DNA of 64,000 nt from Desulfobacterales bacterium (GTDB lineage: Bacteria; Desulfobacterota; Desulfobacteria; Desulfobacterales; UBA2174). Shown one piece after another: positions 58,583 to 64,000 of this stretch; position 1 is the first letter of the stretch, and each line of letters opens with the position of its first letter. The position numbers and the translations under genes were made by a program. The stretch covers positions 1 to 64,000 of the forward strand of contig CAXXWC010000014.1 in NCBI GenBank assembly GCA_963668645.2, read 5' to 3'. A model generated the notes under the pieces. It was not told where the DNA came from and did not search any database. It worked only from the letters and a program-made list of their open reading frames with translations.

Positions 58583-61143
58583 GCGCATTTTTACGCCTCT
58601 TTTGCCAGTTCAGCCTGCGCCACCTGCTTCAACACAGGGGGCGCGTTTTCACCGTACTGGCCGGTATCGCCCTGGGCGCGGCGGTCTTTACCAGCGTCCG
58701 GTTGAGCGTGGACGCCTCCCTGGCCTCTTTTGCCAGTACGGTGGATCGTCTTTCCGGAAAGGCCGATCGCGTGGTGGTGGCCCAGGGCCGGGGGGTGCCC
58801 GAAACCCTGGTGGCCCGATTGCTGCGGCATCCGGGAATGTGGGCCGCCTCACCGGTGATGACCACCTATGTGCGGCCTGCGGCCGATCCGGAACACAGCT
58901 TTCTGATGGTGGGCATCGACCCCATCCTCGATGGCCCCCTGCGCGAATGGAAGACCACGGCCCAAAGCGGCGCCGGCCCGGCTCCCTGGATCGCCCTCAT
59001 GGCCAGGCCGGCCACGCTGCTGGCGGGCGTTTCCCTGGCCCGGGACCTGGACTGGCGTGTGGGCCGGACGGTCGACCTTGAACATGCCAGGGGCCGGGTC
59101 AGTTTCGAAGTCGCCGGACTGGTGGCCCCGGACGGGCTCGGGGGGGCCGAGGCAGGGCGCCTGGTCATCGTGGATCTGGCCACCTTCCAGGAATTCACCG
59201 GACGGCTGGGCGAGGTCGACCGCATCGACCTGATGGCTGGCGGCGGTTTTTCAAAGGCCGATTGGAAAGCCCTGGCACACGAATTGCCGCCCGGTGTCAC
59301 CCTGGCCGAGCCGGGCGGGGCCAAAGCCGTGGGTACCGCCATGGTACGGGCCTACCAGATCAACCTGTCCGTGCTCAGCTTTGCCTCGCTTTTTGTGGGG
59401 ATGTTTCTGGTCTACAGCCTAGTGGCCCTCAATGCCGCTTCCCGGCGCCAGGAGCTGGCGATCCTGCGGGCACTGGGGGCTGGCCCGCGCTGGATTTTCG
59501 CTCTTTTTATCGGCGAAGGGGCGATGTTCGGGATCCTGGGCTGGGCCGTGGCGATTCCCATCAGCACCATCCTGGTCAGGCACCTGCTCACCGCGGTGAG
59601 CCAGACCATCTCCGCCCTTTTCGTGCGGGTGGCGGTGGAGCGCCTGGTGCTCAGCCCGGTGGAAGTCGGCCTGAGTTTCGTTTTGACCGTAGCCGTATCC
59701 GTGGCGGCGGCCTGGCAGCCGGCCCGCGAGGCCATGGGCGTCGCTCCCCGGGAGGTGATGACCCAATTGCCCCTCTCGCCCCGGTACCCGGCCCGGGCCC
59801 GGCGCATGGCCGTGGCCGGAGCCGGGTGCGTCCTGGGGGTCCTGCCGCTGGCCCGGATCCCCGGTCCGCCCGGGCTGCCCATTCCCGGATACCTGGCCAC
59901 GCTGCTGCTCTTTGTGGGGTTTGCCCTGCTGGCCCCCTGGAGTCTGCGCCGCCTGGGGCGCTGGGGGGCCGCTTATGGCCGGCGCAGCCGGGCGCCGTTT
60001 TTCCTGGCCGCCCGCTACGTGCGCGACAGCGGCACGCGCACGGCGGTCAGCGTCGGGGCCCTGATCACGGCGGTGGCTCTTTTCTGCGCCCTGGTGATCA
60101 TGGTCCACAGCTTCAGGCGCACCGTGGAGGTCTGGGTGACCCAGACCATCAGCGGAGATCTTTTCGTGGCCCCGCGCATGGCCGAGATCAACAACTTTCG
60201 CGATCCCATGACCCCGGCCGATACGGCCGCCGTGCGTGACCTGGACCTTGGGGTCACCAAAGTGCCCCACCGGCGTTACAACCTGCGCTACGATACGATC
60301 CCTTACACCCTGGAAGCCATGCCGCTCGCCCCCTTCCTCCGGCATGGGGACTTCGTTTGGCTGCGCGGCCGGCCCGAAGAAATCCGGCCGGCCCTGGCCC
60401 GGGGGCTGGGGGTGGTGGTCTCGGAGGTCTTTGCCAATCGCACCGGCCTGGGGCCGGGGGACCGGTTTGCCGCGGTGGTGGGGGACCGGCGCCTGGAATG
60501 GCCGATTCTGGGGGTGATCCGCGATTACCGTACCCAGGGCGGGGTGGTCTTCGTGGACCTCGACGCCCTCACGGACCGGATTCCGGATGCGGGCTGGACC
60601 GGGGTGCGCTTTTATGCCGGCGGGGACCCGAAACGCATCGAAGCGCTGCGCCAGGCGCTGATCGCGCGCTGCGGCAACCGGCTCGACATGGTCAGCGGGG
60701 CCGGGCTGCGCGACTCGATTCTCCGGGTTTTCGACGAGACCTTTGCCGTTACCACCGTCCTGTTGCTCATCGCTCTGGCCGTGGCGGCCCTGGGGATTAC
60801 CACGACCCTGACGGTGCTGGTCCTCGAACGCACCCGCCAGCTCAACACCATCCTGGCCGTGGGCGGGGCCCGGGGCCAGATCCGGCGCATGGTCCTGACC
60901 GAGGCCGGATTCCTGGTGGTGACCGGCGAGGCGGCCGGTCTGGCCTGCGGCTTTCTCCTTTCCTACCTGCTTGTCTACGTGATCAATCGCCAGAGCTTCG
61001 GCTGGACCTTCATCTATCAGGTCGACTGGGGAACCCTCGCCCTGAGCCTGCCCCTGATAGTGGCCGTTGCGCTCCTGGCGGCCCTGCCGGCCCTGGGCCA
61101 GGTTTTCCACCGGCCTCCGGCCGTCCTGTTGCGGGACCGGTGA
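58570..61143 (+). CDS. FtsX/MacB-like ABC permease with duplicated periplasmic domains
   Basis: Two repeats with RRQELAILRALG and ERTRQLNTILAVG; INRQSFGWT; multiple TM segments. Confidence 0.9.
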   Translation: MCELSAFLRLFCQFSLRHLLQHRGRVFTVLAGIALGAAVFTSVRLSVDASLASFASTVDRLSGKADRVVVAQGRGVPETLVARLLRHPGMWAASPVMTTYVRPAADPEHSFLMVGIDPILDGPLREWKTTAQSGAGPAPWIALMARPATLLAGVSLARDLDWRVGRTVDLEHARGRVSFEVAGLVAPDGLGGAEAGRLVIVDLATFQEFTGRLGEVDRIDLMAGGGFSKADWKALAHELPPGVTLAEPGGAKAVGTAMVRAYQINLSVLSFASLFVGMFLVYSLVALNAASRRQELAILRALGAGPRWIFALFIGEGAMFGILGWAVAIPISTILVRHLLTAVSQTISALFVRVAVERLVLSPVEVGLSFVLTVAVSVAAAWQPAREAMGVAPREVMTQLPLSPRYPARARRMAVAGAGCVLGVLPLARIPGPPGLPIPGYLATLLLFVGFALLAPWSLRRLGRWGAAYGRRSRAPFFLAARYVRDSGTRTAVSVGALITAVALFCALVIMVHSFRRTVEVWVTQTISGDLFVAPRMAEINNFRDPMTPADTAAVRDLDLGVTKVPHRRYNLRYDTIPYTLEAMPLAPFLRHGDFVWLRGRPEEIRPALARGLGVVVSEVFANRTGLGPGDRFAAVVGDRRLEWPILGVIRDYRTQGGVVFVDLDALTDRIPDAGWTGVRFYAGGDPKRIEALRQALIARCGNRLDMVSGAGLRDSILRVFDETFAVTTVLLLIALAVAALGITTTLTVLVLERTRQLNTILAVGGARGQIRRMVLTEAGFLVVTGEAAGLACGFLLSYLLVYVINRQSFGWTFIYQVDWGTLALSLPLIVAVALLAALPALGQVFHRPPAVLLRDR

Positions 61144-61312
61144 CAAGGGACGGTCCAACTATCCAGAATCAGGTTGGATTGACATACTCGAAGCACTTTG
61201 ATATTTTTCTGTTGTTTAATATGGCTAAAAATTCGAGAGCCGGTGAGTGTTTCCATTGGAACCCAGCCGCCGGGAAGAAGGGTGAAAGGGGGCCTGCGAC
61301 GAGGAGGGGAAG

Positions 61313-62236
61313 ATGAACCCCGGTCCGGTGGAGGAAAACAGGCAGGTGCAGCCGGAACCTGGATTTGCAGCACCATGGATCCGGCTCCGATGGAGCACCC
61401 TGGGCGCCATTTTTCTGTTGAGTGCGGCCCTGCTGATCGGTCTCTGGTCCTTGTTCGGTGCTACGGATACCACGGCGCAGCGGGTTGCCCATACCGGCGT
61501 CATCCGCATCGGGTATGCGCTGGAAGCCCCCTTTGCCTTCCACGACGATCAAGGCCGGGTGACCGGGGAGTCGCCCGAGGTCGCGCGGGCCGTCTGGCAA
61601 CGCCTGGGCGTCCGCCACATCGAATGGGTGCGGACCGATTTCGGCTCGCTCATCGCCCAACTGCGCGCCGGCCGTTTTGATCAGATCGCCTGCGGTTTGT
61701 TTATCCGCCCGGATCGGGAACGCCTGGTGGCCTTTACCTCGCCTTCGGTCTGCATCGGACCGGCACTGCTGGTCCGGCGCGGCAATCCTCTGCATTTGCA
61801 CAGCTTTGCCGACATCACCGGCCGGGACGGCGTGCGGCTGGCGGTGATCGCCGGAGCGGTGGAAGGCGAAGACGCCGCAAAGGCCGGTGTTCCCCCTGAC
61901 CGCATCGTCAGTTATCCAAATCTGGACGTCGCCCTGAACGGGATCCGCAACAACTTGGTGGACGCTCTGGCCCTTTCCGCACCGACCATCCAGCGGTTGG
62001 CCGATCAGAATGCGGACCTGCAACGGGCCCTTCCTTTCCAATGCCCTTTGAGCAAACCGGGTTGCGGCGCCTTTGCCTTTCGCCCGGCCGACAAGAAGCT
62101 GCGCGACCGATTCGACCGGGCCCTGCGCGAGTATATCGGCACTGAGGCGCATCTGGAGCTTATTCGACCCTTTGGGATGAACAAGGATAACTTGCCCGGT
62201 TCCCTGCAACGCCAGACCAAGGAGAGCGTTCCATGA
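61313..62236 (+). CDS. EhuB-like (ectoine/hydroxyectoine) family 3 substrate-binding protein
   Basis: IRIGYALEAPFAF..GRVTGESPEVAR, FGSLI..L.AGRFD, GLFI.P.R, GNPL.LHS, GAFAFR. Confidence 0.8.
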   Translation: MNPGPVEENRQVQPEPGFAAPWIRLRWSTLGAIFLLSAALLIGLWSLFGATDTTAQRVAHTGVIRIGYALEAPFAFHDDQGRVTGESPEVARAVWQRLGVRHIEWVRTDFGSLIAQLRAGRFDQIACGLFIRPDRERLVAFTSPSVCIGPALLVRRGNPLHLHSFADITGRDGVRLAVIAGAVEGEDAAKAGVPPDRIVSYPNLDVALNGIRNNLVDALALSAPTIQRLADQNADLQRALPFQCPLSKPGCGAFAFRPADKKLRDRFDRALREYIGTEAHLELIRPFGMNKDNLPGSLQRQTKESVP

Positions 62237-64000
62237 CGCCGACCGCACCGTCTCCGTCCATCGATACCAAGTCGGCCCTTTCATGGAGCGAACGGGCCAT
62301 GCTCATTCTCGGTGTGATCGCCTTTGTTTCCTCGATTATGCTTTGGTGGGTCAACAATCTGAGCCGGACGGCCTATCCGCAGCATATCGCCCTGACCGAC
62401 AACCTGCAGCAGGCCCGCAGGGAGATCAATCTGGCGCTGCTCTTCCAGGCCCAGTATCTGGCCGGTGAAGCCGTTGCGCGCCAGGAGATCTTTTCCGCAC
62501 TGGACACGGCGGCCCTCAAAGTCAAGGACTGCCTCGACGGGCGTAGCACCCTGCAGGGGATTTACGCCACCCGGGCGACCGGTTCCGTCCGGCACCTGCT
62601 GCAATCCTATGCCGAAACCCTCGTGAGGCTCGACCGCACCGTGCGGGCCCTGCTATCCGGCGGGGAAAGCCGCAAGAGACTGCAGATCCGGCAGCTCAGC
62701 GAATTTCACGAGTTGGTTCAGATCGCCGATGCCATCGAAACGGAGATGGCCCAGGCCCTGACCCGGCTCATCACCCGGCAGCGAGACCAGCAGCGGATCG
62801 GTCTGGGGTTCTGGTTCGTCTTTCTGGTGTCCACCTTCATCATGCTCTACCGGGCCGCGCGCATCGAGGCGGCCCAGACGCAGCAGGAGCAACTGATCCA
62901 CTCCCTGCTCGACTCGACCACCGACGCCATCTTCGTCAAGGATTGCGCCGGGCGCTATCTGCTCTGCAACAAGGCCGCTTTGCAATTTATCGGCAAGCCG
63001 AAAGAGGAATTGATCGGCCGCGACGACCGCGCCGCCTTTCCCCCTGAAGATGCCCAACGGCTGATGACCGAGGACCGGTCCATTTTTGAGTCCGGCGGAA
63101 CCATCCACTGCGAGGAGCAGATTACCAGCTTAGAAGGGCAGTCCTTGTATTTCATGGTTTCCAAGGGCGCGCTGCGGGACCGGGAAGGGCGGGTAACCGG
63201 ACTGTTCGGTATTGCCCGGGATATCACCCGCCAGCGGCTGGATGAAGAGCAGTTGCACCGTCACCGTATTTTACTGCAGCGCACCAGCCGGCTGGCCAGG
63301 GTCGGCGGCTGGGAATTCGATCCTTTGACGCGGCAACTATCCTGGACCGAGGAGTGCGCCCGGATTCACGATCTGCAGCCGACGGGCAAGACCAGTGTGG
63401 ACCATTGGCTTGCCCATTTCCGGGGAGAGCATCGCAGGGCCATCGAAAAGGCCTTCCAGCAGGCGTTGGAATCGGGCCAGCCCTACGATCTGGAACTGGA
63501 GATTATTTCGGCCAAGGGGGTGCACAAATGGGTGCGAACCCAGGGCGAACCGGTGATGGAAGAGGGACGGGTCGTTTACATGTACGGCGTTTTGCAGGAC
63601 ATCACCGATCGCAAGCAGGCCGAGACGGCCTTGCACGACAGTGAAATGCGGCGCAGCCTGGCCCTGGAAGCCGCGCAGATGGGTACCTGGGAATGGGATA
63701 TGACCTGCGACAGGATTGCCTGTTCGGAAGCGCTCGAGAGCCTTTGGGGGTATGCCCCCGGAACATTCCCGGGTACGAGAGAGGCCTTCACCTCGCGGAT
63801 ATACCCGGACGATCTGCCGCACATGCAACGGATCGCTGAAGAAGCCAGGCAAGCCAGGCGGCCCTTTCGCAGCGAGTACCGGGTCGTCCAGCCCGACGGC
63901 AGCCTGCGTTGGGTGGCCAGCCACGGCCGTCACCTGTTCGACGACCAGGACAGTGCCATCCGGCTTCTGGGCGTGGCCTTCGATATCTCCGAGGGCAAAA
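62233..64000 (+). CDS. Membrane-bound multi-PAS sensor protein (runs off the window)
   Basis: Manual translation from ATG 62233: TM segment, extracytoplasmic region, second TM, then PAS repeats (DAIFVKD..GRY, VGGWE, MGTWEWD..IYPDD). Output domain is not in the window. Confidence 0.85.
   Translation, partial: MTPTAPSPSIDTKSALSWSERAMLILGVIAFVSSIMLWWVNNLSRTAYPQHIALTDNLQQARREINLALLFQAQYLAGEAVARQEIFSALDTAALKVKDCLDGRSTLQGIYATRATGSVRHLLQSYAETLVRLDRTVRALLSGGESRKRLQIRQLSEFHELVQIADAIETEMAQALTRLITRQRDQQRIGLGFWFVFLVSTFIMLYRAARIEAAQTQQEQLIHSLLDSTTDAIFVKDCAGRYLLCNKAALQFIGKPKEELIGRDDRAAFPPEDAQRLMTEDRSIFESGGTIHCEEQITSLEGQSLYFMVSKGALRDREGRVTGLFGIARDITRQRLDEEQLHRHRILLQRTSRLARVGGWEFDPLTRQLSWTEECARIHDLQPTGKTSVDHWLAHFRGEHRRAIEKAFQQALESGQPYDLELEIISAKGVHKWVRTQGEPVMEEGRVVYMYGVLQDITDRKQAETALHDSEMRRSLALEAAQMGTWEWDMTCDRIACSEALESLWGYAPGTFPGTREAFTSRIYPDDLPHMQRIAEEARQARRPFRSEYRVVQPDGSLRWVASHGRHLFDDQDSAIRLLGVAFDISEGK

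Overview
GC-rich chromosomal window, most likely from a Desulfobacterales-like sulfate reducer (inferred from gene content: orange-protein cluster, DUF6178, IorAB, GTP-PEPCK, multiheme cytochrome). It is mostly housekeeping and accessory metabolism: partial grpE, a large Alu-domain SRP RNA missed by the ORF track, an orange-protein (ORP)/MinD-ferredoxin/NifU cluster, rnhA, pepD, three MscS-family channels, corA, rpoH, recN, tsaA, a photolyase and several PAS sensor kinases. Two loci stand out. (1) At 55526-56902 (-), two ORFs in the same frame are separated by one UGA followed by a SECIS-like hairpin. Read through, they give an exported 458-aa, 11-heme c-type cytochrome with a predicted selenocysteine (GEG-U-GG), directly upstream of an exported rhodanese: a candidate periplasmic sulfur/selenium redox module. 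(2) At 22226-30085 (+), an operon-like run of KamA-type radical SAM aminomutase, saccharopine/lysine dehydrogenase-like enzyme, polar amino-acid ABC transporter, divergent PLP racemase and D-cysteine desulfhydrase/sulfo-lyase-like enzyme, with unknown substrate. No CRISPR array, tRNA, rRNA or intact mobile element was recognised. All calls come from reading motifs by eye; no database searches were run.
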